Positions 10,251-20,332 of a stretch of DNA of 64,000 nt are shown here, in pieces; within the stretch, counting starts at the first letter, position 1; every line of letters starts with the position of its first letter. The notes under the pieces are model-generated. The model ran no database searches. It saw only the letters and a list, made by a program, of their open reading frames with translations, and was not told the DNA's origin. The stretch covers positions 4,217 through 68,216 of IMG/VR virus record IMGVR_UViG_3300033146_004475; one strand, 5' to 3'. Source of the stretch: a virus. Made by a program: the position numbers and the translations under genes.

Positions 10251-12138
10251 TAAATTACTTGTAAATTTTAATTCAGCTTTACTCAATATGAAGTTTTGGG
10301 CAAGAATTACTCTTGAACCTTATGAGGATGATTTTGTATCTCTCTCTGAAGCAGCCACTGTAATTGATGCTATTTATGATATAGATCCTTGTAACAGTGA
10401 TTCAGCTTTGATTGGAGGAGAACCAGCTATAGAAATTGAACAAGAGTATATTAGCCCTCTTTTGATAAGTTCATTTAGTCAGATTCAATACGATCCATGT
10501 AGATATGAACGAAATTCATTCAGTTATCAAGCTGTTGTCTATATTTATAGATCACATTTAAGGTTTCCGTATAAATTAGTAATAAATGATGGGGTTATAT
10601 TAAGAACAGAACGAATAAGCAAGAGAATTACCACGATTGTTAAATCAGATAATAAAATTATAGAAGTTGATTATCCAATAGTTGGAAATATAGAATTTTC
10701 AGAAACAATTGTTGAAATAAATGGAACACAATTGTTATTAGAACAAGATGTTTTGTTTACTTCTATTTCATATGATACTGAATATGATAAAGTTACATTA
10801 CAAATTAATGGTTCTCAAACTGAAGCAATTGAGGGAACTTGTATTTTATTTTATAAAGGATTAGCTTATTTACAATCTATCAGTATTCCTACAGAAGATA
10901 CAGCAGCTATTGGTATTTTAGGCTGTACATCTTCTTCCTCTTCTTCAGATGATAATATTCAAGATGAAAGAGAAACTGGACCATGTTATCAAAGATATAT
11001 TTTTAATCAAATTTGTAATTGTTCTGGTACAGTAAAAGATACGTATAGCACTGTCGTTGAAGTTACTTGTCCAGATTCTCCAGCTACTCCACATTCAGAT
11101 ACAGAAGCAGGAGCTTCTAACTTTTGGTGGGAAGCACGACATATTAATAGATATGTTAATTGTCCAGAAGATGAAATTTGGGATGGGCATGATAGTGAAT
11201 TTTATTTAGACAAATGTTGTACAATACCTTCTTTTTCATTACCTTCATGTCAACACAGGACAGCTTCATGGCCAGGGGGAAGAGGGATAATAAATGGATC
11301 CGATTATTACTATAATAATGCTTTACATGGGGAACAAGTAGTATTAGTTCCAGTAGGTCCTGAAGATGGAATATGTGGAGTTATAGAACGTATTCAGGAA
11401 GTAAATCAAAGAAATTGTTGTGATGATCTTGATTATATTGATATTGTTTATGATGATGAAAATAGTGCAGAAGTAATATCAGATAATTCTATCGGTAGTG
11501 TTTTTTGGACTGGAGGGAAAGTTCCATTTACAGTAAAACTAAATGGAAGTGGTTTTTATTTAGACAGTCACCACACAAAAACAACAATGGAAATTTTTAC
11601 AAATTCAGCAAGAATATATACGGAAGATGCTTGTGGTAGTTGTTCTATACATATAGAAGATGGATGTTCAGTTGGGTCTGGTGTTGTTAGGTCTACGGAA
11701 GGAAATTGGGTATATAATACAATTTATGATATGTTAATTGAACCAGATGCAGTACAAATTCAACAGGGAGAATATTTTAGCAACAATGGAGTTGTAGCTT
11801 ATCCTGATGGTGGAACACGATTGCATCAAGGAATTTACACCTATTCACACGCATATTCAGTTCTTGGTTCATGTGGACCTGAATGTTCACAAAATTATAA
11901 TAATTATAATTTTAATGTGCATCCATGTGAACGAGGTAATGATTTCGCATGGAATATTTCAGGTCGAATATCATATCATAATCCTTATGCATTATCGTAT
12001 GAAGATGATTGTGCATATACTCTTTCAGCTACTTGTTTAGGTGTTACTCCTGAGTGTAATCCTGAGTGTGTTTGTGGTGTGAGAGTTCAATTTAAAAACT
12101 ATAGTAATAAAATTTATGAATATAAATGGAGATGTTAG
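10237..12138 (+). CDS. Cys-rich tail-tip protein
   Basis: 633 aa, about 27 Cys including CC, CxC and CxxC motifs; overlaps previous gene. Confidence 0.5.
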   Translation: MTTNSKLLVNFNSALLNMKFWARITLEPYEDDFVSLSEAATVIDAIYDIDPCNSDSALIGGEPAIEIEQEYISPLLISSFSQIQYDPCRYERNSFSYQAVVYIYRSHLRFPYKLVINDGVILRTERISKRITTIVKSDNKIIEVDYPIVGNIEFSETIVEINGTQLLLEQDVLFTSISYDTEYDKVTLQINGSQTEAIEGTCILFYKGLAYLQSISIPTEDTAAIGILGCTSSSSSSDDNIQDERETGPCYQRYIFNQICNCSGTVKDTYSTVVEVTCPDSPATPHSDTEAGASNFWWEARHINRYVNCPEDEIWDGHDSEFYLDKCCTIPSFSLPSCQHRTASWPGGRGIINGSDYYYNNALHGEQVVLVPVGPEDGICGVIERIQEVNQRNCCDDLDYIDIVYDDENSAEVISDNSIGSVFWTGGKVPFTVKLNGSGFYLDSHHTKTTMEIFTNSARIYTEDACGSCSIHIEDGCSVGSGVVRSTEGNWVYNTIYDMLIEPDAVQIQQGEYFSNNGVVAYPDGGTRLHQGIYTYSHAYSVLGSCGPECSQNYNNYNFNVHPCERGNDFAWNISGRISYHNPYALSYEDDCAYTLSATCLGVTPECNPECVCGVRVQFKNYSNKIYEYKWRC

Positions 12139-12448
12139 TGTTATGAATTTTGAGACTTTTTCATTATCTAATTTACAAACTTTTAAAGCATTATTAGAAG
12201 TATATTTAAATAATGATTTTAAAAGTGTTGTGGATATAAAAAATAATTTAGATACAGTTATTAAAAAAAGAAGTTCTAATTTAAATTTTCAAAAACCAAA
12301 TTCTATAATAAAAGAGGAAAAGAACAGGTTATGTCCGTATTGTGCTAAAGTTTTATTAAGGGTTGTTGTAAATCCTGATGGACTTAAGATATTAGGTTGT
12401 CCAAAATGTAGATATAGTGAAATAAGGGAGGATAAAGATGGCAAATAG
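12116..12448 (+). CDS. Small zinc-ribbon protein
   Basis: CPYC...GCPKC at C-terminus. Confidence 0.55.
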   Translation: MNINGDVSVMNFETFSLSNLQTFKALLEVYLNNDFKSVVDIKNNLDTVIKKRSSNLNFQKPNSIIKEEKNRLCPYCAKVLLRVVVNPDGLKILGCPKCRYSEIREDKDGK

Positions 12449-12551
12449 ATATTGGGCAGATAGGGACAAAATTTACAAAAGTGTTGGTGTGTCGGTGTGT
12501 CGGTGTGTATTTTGTATGGTGAAATTTCCGATACTACTTATAATGCAATGA
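12438..12551 (+). pseudogene. Probable gene remnant (MANRYW... start)
   Basis: Strong GGAGG RBS and MANRYW start, then GGTGTGTC repeats and three TGA stops after 37 codons. Confidence 0.35.
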
Positions 12552-12597
12552 TGATGAAGAAATTTTAGTTTTACTTTAAATTTTAAAAGGTGCAAAC

Positions 12598-15069
12598 ATG
12601 ACGACTCCTGCATGGGATCCATTAAAAACCAGCAGCACTTATACATTGTCTAATAATAATTTGACAATGGAAGTTGATGTATCTGGAACAACAGCGAGTA
12701 CCATTTCTGATTGGTCAAAAACAAAAGGGAAATGGTATTTTGAAATTAAATTTGATGCCAGAATTACTAGTAGTGCATACCAAAGTTTTGGTGTATGTAA
12801 TAGTTCTTTTGGGTCTTCTGATAGAGCAGCATTAAAAATAAATTCAGTAGGTCCTATGGCATCAGGCAGAGTTTATGATGATGTAGCTGATTCCGGCTAC
12901 TATTCTACATCTTCTGCTAATTTTTCTATTGGAGATATTATTGGGTGTGCTTTTGATGTTGATTCAGGAGAAGTTTGGTTTTCTGTTAATGGTGTTTGGA
13001 TAAAGGACCGTTCAGCAAATGCAGGACAGCCATCAGATGGGTTGTACCCTTCTACTACAGATGGACCAACTGGAGAAGTTTTTGCTTGCTTATCTGGTAG
13101 ATATGATGGAGATGTATTTACTGCTCGATTTGCTGAAGTAGATTTAACATATTCGATTCCTACTGGTTTTTCTGCAATTGATTCTGTTTCGATTGCTGTA
13201 ACAAGTTTAAACACATTTGAAGAACCTTATAATATAAAGTATTCAGTTTTACAAGCTATGGAAGAATTATATGTATTCAGTAATCTTGTAAAAATAGTTG
13301 AAGAACCTTATGCATTACAGGATTCTTTAATAAAATTAATAGAAGAGTCTTATGTATTTTCTGATCCATTAGTAAAATTATTTGAAGAAAAATATAATAT
13401 TTTATTTGAGGTTGTAAATTCCATTGAAGAACTTTATCCTTTAATGGCCATTGTGATAAATGTAATTGAAGAAATATTTGGGTTAAAAATTAGTTTAACT
13501 TTAACTCAATGGTATGGAGATATTTCAACACCAACTAAAATTATAAACGAATATTATGATGATTCCCAAGGCCCCTTAAATAACTTTTCTTTAAGATATG
13601 ATGATGTCTTACTCCCAAATGTTCAAATAGTTGAAAAATATGACAACGTTCCATTGTTAATAAAATATTTAATTTTGCCCTATACTGATAAAAAAGAAGC
13701 AATAAATTCAATTTATTTGCCTTATAATGATGGATATGTAGCGGTTAAAAATATAATAGAGTCATATTCAGATTGTATTAAAGCATTAAAAGTTAATACA
13801 GAATTATATGATTTAGGGAAAGAAGCAGTATTAGTTATGAATGAAAATTGGAGTATTTCTGAAATAGCTTTATCAATTTCTATTCAAGAATCTTATACTT
13901 TAACTGCATTAAATCCACTTGTCTCTACTTTTGAACAAACATACTATATGGTTCCAGAATTATCAATTGAACCTTCAATTTTAGTATCTATTACTATAAA
14001 TGGAATTGATATTGACTTTCTTTCTATTGATATTGATGCAGGAATGGATAAGTATTCAATGATAGGAACAATTGAATTAGCTTCTGAAAGAGATTATGTA
14101 AATTCCCCATTATTAGGCAATGCAATTTGTACTATAAATGGAACTGATTTTATTTTGTTTATTGAAACACGAAATAAAAAAAGAACAAATAGTGGAGCAT
14201 CTTGGACAATTGGATTAGTTAGTCCTACAGCTAAACTTGATTTGCCATATTCAAAAACAATGGTAATGAGTTTTGCAAATAATATTTATGCTTCTGAGTT
14301 AGTGCAACAAATGGCTGATCTTCAAAATATTACAGTTGATTGGCAAACAGTTGATTGGCAAATCCCAAGTTATGCTATTTCAGCAAATGATGAAACTCCT
14401 ATTTCAGTAATTAGAAAAGTTGTAAATTCAGTTGGGAGTATTATTCAAACTAAACCAAATGGAGATATGTTAATTATAAGTAAATATCCATTATCTCCTA
14501 CAGTATGGGAAAGTACAGTTCCTTCTATTGTTTTTAGTTCAGAATCCGATATTATTGAGATTGATGAAAACATAGTAATTAATGAAGGGAAAAATGCGTT
14601 TTTAATTACTGATCAGGGTAGTTCAACGGCTGATATTACATTAATGGAAATAAATGAAAATGATACCACTAAAACAATAAGAGGATTTAGGATTCCTTTT
14701 GAAGATGGTCCTTTTGAATTATTAACTTCAGGAGGTACTGATATTTCAATTGTTAAAGATGTAAATCCAATTGAAGCAAATATTCCAGTTGATTTTAGTC
14801 CAAATGAAGAATGGGAATATGTTGAATTTATAGATTGGGTTGGCACTACACAGTATCCTATATATGAAATTATTGATTGGGAATGGGTATCAGATGATAT
14901 GGGAGCTTTTCAAATTTCAGAGAATGGCACATTGACTGTTATTGCTCAATCTGATACATTGAAGGAGTCTTTATTAAGGATTAAATATAAAACCAAATAT
15001 TGGAAGTGGACTGTTAGAGGCCCAAGTAATTCACACGCTCAAGTTTTTGTTCCTGAATTAGTAGAATAA
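12598..15069 (+). CDS. Tail protein with N-terminal SPRY/B30.2-like domain
   Basis: LSNNNLT...GKWYFEI...GDIIGCAFDVDSGEVWFSVNG...YSIPTGF SPRY signature; repetitive EExY middle; hub-like C-terminus. Confidence 0.7.
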   Translation: MTTPAWDPLKTSSTYTLSNNNLTMEVDVSGTTASTISDWSKTKGKWYFEIKFDARITSSAYQSFGVCNSSFGSSDRAALKINSVGPMASGRVYDDVADSGYYSTSSANFSIGDIIGCAFDVDSGEVWFSVNGVWIKDRSANAGQPSDGLYPSTTDGPTGEVFACLSGRYDGDVFTARFAEVDLTYSIPTGFSAIDSVSIAVTSLNTFEEPYNIKYSVLQAMEELYVFSNLVKIVEEPYALQDSLIKLIEESYVFSDPLVKLFEEKYNILFEVVNSIEELYPLMAIVINVIEEIFGLKISLTLTQWYGDISTPTKIINEYYDDSQGPLNNFSLRYDDVLLPNVQIVEKYDNVPLLIKYLILPYTDKKEAINSIYLPYNDGYVAVKNIIESYSDCIKALKVNTELYDLGKEAVLVMNENWSISEIALSISIQESYTLTALNPLVSTFEQTYYMVPELSIEPSILVSITINGIDIDFLSIDIDAGMDKYSMIGTIELASERDYVNSPLLGNAICTINGTDFILFIETRNKKRTNSGASWTIGLVSPTAKLDLPYSKTMVMSFANNIYASELVQQMADLQNITVDWQTVDWQIPSYAISANDETPISVIRKVVNSVGSIIQTKPNGDMLIISKYPLSPTVWESTVPSIVFSSESDIIEIDENIVINEGKNAFLITDQGSSTADITLMEINENDTTKTIRGFRIPFEDGPFELLTSGGTDISIVKDVNPIEANIPVDFSPNEEWEYVEFIDWVGTTQYPIYEIIDWEWVSDDMGAFQISENGTLTVIAQSDTLKESLLRIKYKTKYWKWTVRGPSNSHAQVFVPELVE

Positions 15070-15085
15070 AAAAGGAGAAATTAAA

Positions 15086-15616
15086 ATGGCTGTTGAAGCA
15101 AGTATTGTAATATCATTCGGGGATGACTCTTTATCTAATGAAACAGTAATAGTTGAGTTTGATCCGGAACATTCAAATAATTTAGATTCTGATGGGAATG
15201 TAAAAAGTACATTTGATTCAAATGCACCGGATCAGCCTGTTTTTTTATTACATTATTCCAATTCTTTACGTGTGGAAGCTATTGTGCAAACTGACGGAAC
15301 AGTTGGAGAAATAGGCGGTCCAATATCTCAACAAAGAAAAAAAGATGTTATTTTTAGTAGAATTGGAGATACTTCTAATGTTTCTTATCTTTATACTTCT
15401 TTAGTTTCACAGCCAGCATGGATAGGAGTTTTATCTGGAGTTGTTGAGGTTGATGGAAGTGCTTTAAAATTAGTTAGTGGTGGTCCATGCACAGGAGAAG
15501 CTACAATTAATGTATTATTTCAAAAACAGTATATGCTTACCCCACCTGGAAATATGGTATTAGATGAAGATGGGAATTACCAAATTACAATTTTTATTTT
15601 CATGGAGGCTGCATAA
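15086..15616 (+). CDS. Hypothetical tail protein
   Basis: AAGGAG RBS; tail module. Confidence 0.5.
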   Translation: MAVEASIVISFGDDSLSNETVIVEFDPEHSNNLDSDGNVKSTFDSNAPDQPVFLLHYSNSLRVEAIVQTDGTVGEIGGPISQQRKKDVIFSRIGDTSNVSYLYTSLVSQPAWIGVLSGVVEVDGSALKLVSGGPCTGEATINVLFQKQYMLTPPGNMVLDEDGNYQITIFIFMEAA

Positions 15617-15957
15617 TGATAGGAATTAAAGTATGCAGAGGCGGGTCTTTTCCAGGAGAATGTAGTGAATTAGATCCTAATTTAAATTGGGGGGATGACA
15701 TTTCAGATGTTCTTTTGATTAATGAGGGAATAGCCTTGGAACGTGGTAGAGTTGAAATTGACAAAGGATATACTAATCGTATTGATTCTTCTGTTTCTAT
15801 TGCCCCTTTAACTTTCATATCTCCTGGTGATTTAGTTGGGGTAGATGAAAATGGAAGTCTTAAATCTGGAATGTTAAAAAATATTAAATTATCTTTGAAA
15901 AAAACAGCAGATAGTTTTTCAACATCCGCTGTTTTAGTTATTGAAAGGAATGTCTAA
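15616..15957 (+). CDS. Hypothetical tail-tip protein
   Basis: TAATG coupling to previous gene. Confidence 0.5.
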   Translation: MIGIKVCRGGSFPGECSELDPNLNWGDDISDVLLINEGIALERGRVEIDKGYTNRIDSSVSIAPLTFISPGDLVGVDENGSLKSGMLKNIKLSLKKTADSFSTSAVLVIERNV

Positions 15958-16188
15958 ATGGAATCATTATCAGATTTACTATCAGTAGAACGAGAAACAT
16001 CGTCTAAGATAGTGACGATAAAAGCCCAAGTAAGTAGTACAGCTTATTCTGTTGTTGATAAAAAGAATAGACAGTACATTGTAGAATCAGCAATAATATA
16101 TTTACCTGGAACTTTAGTAGTTATTAAAAATGGTGTTATAATTGGGAAAACCAAAAGTTCTCAAAATTATAAGGAATACAGTCTATGA
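15958..16188 (+). CDS. Hypothetical small tail protein
   Basis: Abuts neighbouring genes. Confidence 0.45.
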   Translation: MESLSDLLSVERETSSKIVTIKAQVSSTAYSVVDKKNRQYIVESAIIYLPGTLVVIKNGVIIGKTKSSQNYKEYSL

Positions 16189-16622
16189 AAGTTTTAAGAA
16201 ACATTGACATCCTACATCCATTATTGATTAAAAGTGTTAAAATAATCCAATCAGAAATTATTGATAAACACAATTTTCCTATTAGATTATTTGAAACAGG
16301 CAGAAATCATGATAGGCATGAGTTATTAATTAAAAAAGGAAAAACAAAAGATCCAATTTCAGGTCATTTATATAATTTAGTCCACATTCCGCCTTTGTAT
16401 CCAACTGCTGTTGATTATGTATATTACGATTCTAAATGGTCATGGAATTTAAGAGATTCTACAATAAAATCCTGGTATAATTTGTTTGGTAATTTAGTTT
16501 TGGATTTGTGTCCGGAACTTCAATGGAGTGGTGAAAATAGAAAAGCAGTTAATCTTTGTCATTTTGCACTTAAAAGGGATTCAATTATTGCACATTTAGA
16601 TTATATTCCTTGTGTAGTGTAA
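16185..16622 (+). CDS. M15C-like (L-Ala-D-Glu) peptidase homologue
   Basis: FETGR...SGHL...AVD...LQWSG...CHF pattern resembles M15 endolysins. Confidence 0.55.
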   Translation: MKVLRNIDILHPLLIKSVKIIQSEIIDKHNFPIRLFETGRNHDRHELLIKKGKTKDPISGHLYNLVHIPPLYPTAVDYVYYDSKWSWNLRDSTIKSWYNLFGNLVLDLCPELQWSGENRKAVNLCHFALKRDSIIAHLDYIPCVV

Positions 16623-16637
16623 ATAAAGGGGAATGTT

Positions 16638-16985
16638 ATGAAAGAGATGGTTAAGAGAACAGGTGATTTGTTTAGAGATGGTCTATCAGGTGGGTATACT
16701 TATAGGGAAGATATTGCTGATGGAGAAATATCTGAAGAAATTTTAATACTTCCTACAGGAAGAGGAACATCAAATGGAACTATTGTTTTAATTTGTGGGG
16801 CTGGAACTGGAAAGGTTCAAACTTCTATTGATACAATGGAAGATATTAATTCTGGTGATGTTACTTGGATTGATTGGGACAAAGGAGATGTTACCGATAC
16901 TGTTATGGGAGTTTTTGTTGGGCCTGTTACTGCAATTAGAGCAGTCAGTATTTCAGGTGCAATCACTTTTAAACTTTTGATGTAG
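16638..16985 (+). CDS. Hypothetical virion protein
   Basis: Beta-rich, VTWIDW...TAIRAV. Confidence 0.5.
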   Translation: MKEMVKRTGDLFRDGLSGGYTYREDIADGEISEEILILPTGRGTSNGTIVLICGAGTGKVQTSIDTMEDINSGDVTWIDWDKGDVTDTVMGVFVGPVTAIRAVSISGAITFKLLM

Positions 16986-17015
16986 TCATACTATATATCA
17001 AAAAAGGATAAATTC

Positions 17016-17189
17016 ATGCTTATTTCAAATTTAATTACTAATTGGGTAGGGCCATGGATGACAACTTGGGCAAAACCTTCATCATATACTCCCTCTTGTG
17101 CTGCTCCTGTTGATTTTACTTGTTTGATAGATGGAGTAGAAAATGAGATAACAGACGATAATGGCATATTCATTGTTGTTCCAGAATAG
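17016..17189 (+). CDS. Small hypothetical protein (57 aa, absent from ORF track)
   Basis: AAGGA RBS; MLISNLITNWVGPWMTTW...IVVPE*; fills the gap before the LamG gene. Confidence 0.55.
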   Translation: MLISNLITNWVGPWMTTWAKPSSYTPSCAAPVDFTCLIDGVENEITDDNGIFIVVPE

Positions 17190-17198
17190 GAGGACAAA

Positions 17199-18539
17199 AT
17201 GACAAGGATTCTTTCGGACGTATTAAAAGATGATATGGATATTGATACTACTGACAGTGAGGTATTGAAATTTGGTGGTGTGGATGATCATGTTGAAATT
17301 AATAAATCAACTGGACATTTCAAATTAAAAGGAGATGCTGCTGTTTTTGATGATATGAGAACAAGCCCTCTGAGTGCAGCAAACACAGGAGCAAGAAGTC
17401 CTGCTCTTGAAACAGTAGCTAATGATGGATCAGTTGGAGAAGATTACTGTGTTGATTTTACAGGAGGTCATGGATTAATATCATCATACACTAATTTAAA
17501 TAGCACGGATGAATACACAGTAGAGTTTTGGCTTAATCCAGATAGTGTACAAAATGCAGTATTATTCTGGAGAGATGCGTTTATTGAAATCAGTGTTGCT
17601 TATAAGGATGTTGTAGTTTCAATAGATAATAGCTGGAATGTAAGAAGTAATGATGGTTTAGTTGCAGGACAAACACAGCACATAGTTGTTACAATAGATT
17701 ATGATGGGTCTAGCACAAATATTTATATTTATGTAAACGGGCAAGAAATACATAATGATTCTGTTTGGGGCAAACAGTTAGCTGCCAGTACAAGTGATGT
17801 TTATATTGGGTCAAGACCAAATGGAAATAAGGCTTTAGATGGTAGAATAGATAATCTTATATGTTATAACAAAGCATTAACTCAAGCACAAGTCACGGAA
17901 AGATACAATAATGGGGGAGGCACTACAGTAGTTCCTACTGGGATTGTAGAATCAACTGATGTTGTGATGAGATTTGACTTTGATGAGGGTTCAGGTTCAA
18001 CCGTTGATAATGGCTGTACTCTTGGAGCAGGAGAAGATATGACTTTGAGTAATTCTTACGATTGGGTTGAAGGATTACTTGGTACTACAACCGGATCACT
18101 TGGTGTCATGGCTTTAGCTTTTGTCCCAAGTGTTATAACAGAGATATTTGGGTCAGTACAATTTAGTCATAAATATAAAGAAGGCACAATTATATATCCC
18201 CATGTTCATTGGGCAAGTCCTGATCTTCTTGTAGGGGATATTGTATGGAAACTTGAGTATTTATGGGTAAATGTAGGAGGTATACTGCAAGCAAATACTA
18301 GCATGGTTTCCAGAACAGTTGCTAATAATACTGTTACTGCTGGATTGCATAGAATGACAAATATTCCATTAGCTGGAATAGCTGGAACAGGTATGAAAAT
18401 TTCAAGTGTTTTGCAGTACAGATTATACAGAGATGGTGCAGATGCTGCCGATACTTATACAGGAAAAGTTTATTTAAGTGAATTTGATATTCATTTTGAA
18501 GTTGATACTATCGGGTCTAATACTGTTGGTGTCAAATAA
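17199..18539 (+). CDS. Receptor-binding/fibre protein with LamG (concanavalin A-like) domain
   Basis: YTVEFWLNP...QHIVVT...IYVNG...LDGRIDNLICYNKALTQAQV...FDFDEGSG LamG_3 pattern. Confidence 0.75.
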   Translation: MTRILSDVLKDDMDIDTTDSEVLKFGGVDDHVEINKSTGHFKLKGDAAVFDDMRTSPLSAANTGARSPALETVANDGSVGEDYCVDFTGGHGLISSYTNLNSTDEYTVEFWLNPDSVQNAVLFWRDAFIEISVAYKDVVVSIDNSWNVRSNDGLVAGQTQHIVVTIDYDGSSTNIYIYVNGQEIHNDSVWGKQLAASTSDVYIGSRPNGNKALDGRIDNLICYNKALTQAQVTERYNNGGGTTVVPTGIVESTDVVMRFDFDEGSGSTVDNGCTLGAGEDMTLSNSYDWVEGLLGTTTGSLGVMALAFVPSVITEIFGSVQFSHKYKEGTIIYPHVHWASPDLLVGDIVWKLEYLWVNVGGILQANTSMVSRTVANNTVTAGLHRMTNIPLAGIAGTGMKISSVLQYRLYRDGADAADTYTGKVYLSEFDIHFEVDTIGSNTVGVK

Positions 18540-18543
18540 GAGT

Positions 18544-18681
18544 AACCACCCTGTAATTTTTATCTCTCCCCTTGAGTCGGCCAAGGAAAAATTACAGGAA
18601 TCCAGACAGCAAGAAGTAGACTTCTTGGTATTTTGAGATTTGGCTTCTCAAAATCACTTCTTGTACTGTCTGGTGGTTTTT
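18544..18681 (+). ncRNA. Multi-stem structured intergenic element (ncRNA or attenuator/terminator)
   Basis: AACCAC/GTGGTT closing stem, CCTGTAATTTTT/AAAAATTACAGG, CCAGACAG/CTGTCTGG, CAAGAAGT/ACTTCTTG, ATTTTGAGA/TCTCAAAAT; ends in T run. Confidence 0.55.
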
Positions 18682-18787
18682 AGTTTAATGAAATTCTTGC
18701 TTTTACTTTCGTTAAATGATAGATTTCAAAATAAAGTAGGACGTTGTTTTATAATTGATGATGTAACTTTAGATTGGACTATTTACA

Positions 18788-19054
18788 ATGGATGATAAAA
18801 TAATTGATCGGGTATTTTCTGAATTAGATAACCATTCCAGTAGATTAGTAGATTTATCTGAAATTGTCCATGCAAATGCTGCAATTTTAGGAATGGTATC
18901 AAAACTTGTTGTAGCTATAATTTTATTTATAGTTATTACAAGTTTAGGTACTTTTTATAATTACTTTACTAAAGGTCCTGTACTATATCATAGACAAATT
19001 ATACCAATTGAAAAAGGTGTTGTCCCAGGGGACCAATCAAGGGGAGGTTCCTAA
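18788..19054 (+). CDS. Single-TM holin-like membrane protein
   Basis: Coiled N-terminus plus one hydrophobic segment LVVAIILFIVITSLG; first gene of lysis-like cassette. Confidence 0.5.
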   Translation: MDDKIIDRVFSELDNHSSRLVDLSEIVHANAAILGMVSKLVVAIILFIVITSLGTFYNYFTKGPVLYHRQIIPIEKGVVPGDQSRGGS

Positions 19055-19055
19055 A

Positions 19056-19790
19056 ATGTCACTTACTTCCGTTCGTAATTTTTTAATTTCTTTTTTTAAT
19101 CCTGATATAGCTGCAAGTATTTTAGTAGACGAGATAAAAGAGCAAAGAAACCGAATCAAAAACTTGAAAGAAGAGTACAAATCATTATCAAAATGGAATC
19201 ATCAATATGTATCTACTTTAAGTTTATTAACTGAAGCAATGGAAGCTTTAATATGGAAAAAAGATAAAAATCATAAATATATTTTAGCTAATCCTTTGCA
19301 TTGTAAAACTTTTTTTGGGTATGATAAAGCATATGATTGTTTAGATTCTATTGTAGGCAAGACAGATAACGAATTAATTGAATTAAATTTTGAACAGTTA
19401 GGCATACAAAATACATTCGGTAAAGTTTGTTTAATTTCAGATACATTTACAATGTTGAATAAAGGAGCATCTCATTTTTTAGAAGCAGGAATGGTTGATG
19501 GAAAAGAATTTTTATTTTACTCCGTAAAAACTTCACAGTTTACAAGTAAAAATGAGTTTGTTGGATCAATAGGAATGGCTTGGGATTTGACAAATCAATC
19601 TGATTTTTTAATAAGTCAACTAAATAGATGGATATATGCAAAAAAAGTAACTAAACTATTCCATAAAAAAGATGTATTTTGTTATGCAATAACGCCTGAA
19701 ATTAGAAAATGTAGTGTATTTCACCATCTTTGTCCAGATCCAGAAAGAGGAAAAGTATGTGATGATAATTGTAGTTCTTATTTTGACTAA
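19056..19790 (+). CDS. PAS/PAC-domain protein with Cys-rich C-terminus
   Basis: IWKKDKNHKYILAN...IVGKTDNEL...VKTSQFTSKNEFVGSIGMAWDLT matches PAS_4/PAC pattern; GGAGG RBS before ATG 19056. Confidence 0.7.
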   Translation: MSLTSVRNFLISFFNPDIAASILVDEIKEQRNRIKNLKEEYKSLSKWNHQYVSTLSLLTEAMEALIWKKDKNHKYILANPLHCKTFFGYDKAYDCLDSIVGKTDNELIELNFEQLGIQNTFGKVCLISDTFTMLNKGASHFLEAGMVDGKEFLFYSVKTSQFTSKNEFVGSIGMAWDLTNQSDFLISQLNRWIYAKKVTKLFHKKDVFCYAITPEIRKCSVFHHLCPDPERGKVCDDNCSSYFD

Positions 19791-19801
19791 AAGAGGTTAA
19801 A

Positions 19802-20332
19802 ATGATTAATTGGGATTATGTATATAAATTAAAAGCTGCTGAATTTTCTGAAGATCCAAATAAATATGCTGAACCAGAATTAATTTATTCTTTAGGAAAA
19901 TTTAGAAAATTAAATAAATCATGTATGTATCCTTCCCCTGTACGAGGAGCCTTGGCTCGTTTTTCCGGAAGTAAAACATCTCAACATTTTGTAGGAAGTG
20001 CCATAGTTAGAAAATCAACTGCAAGTGATATTTTTATAGAAAATAGTGCTTTTAAAAATTATACTAATATTCTTAGTTCTGGTCTTTTTAATGGCATTGG
20101 TATTTATTTAGATACAGTAGGACCTGATGGTCTTCCTTGGATTTTATTTCATCTTGATATCAGGCCCAATACATCAAAAACCCCAACCCCATTAATTTGG
20201 ATAGTTATTAAAGAATATAGTGAAGTAAGAAAAAAAGTAGTGAACCGATATCTATATCCACAAACTAATTTTAAATACTGGAGTTTACTTAATGATTCAA
20301 GATTCCATTTTAACAAAAAGTTCGGTTCTTGA
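19802..20332 (+). CDS. Peptidase M15A-like endolysin
   Basis: SQH...ASDI...GIGIY...FHLDIR zinc peptidase motifs. Confidence 0.7.
   Translation: MINWDYVYKLKAAEFSEDPNKYAEPELIYSLGKFRKLNKSCMYPSPVRGALARFSGSKTSQHFVGSAIVRKSTASDIFIENSAFKNYTNILSSGLFNGIGIYLDTVGPDGLPWILFHLDIRPNTSKTPTPLIWIVIKEYSEVRKKVVNRYLYPQTNFKYWSLLNDSRFHFNKKFGS

Noticed and set aside
16991-17197. Minus-strand 68-aa ORF
   Set aside because: The + strand 57-aa ORF 17016-17189 has an RBS and fits the operon
10237-18539. Diversity-generating retroelement or invertible tail-fibre cassette
   Set aside because: No reverse transcriptase, recombinase, or template/variable repeat pair differing at adenines seen in the window
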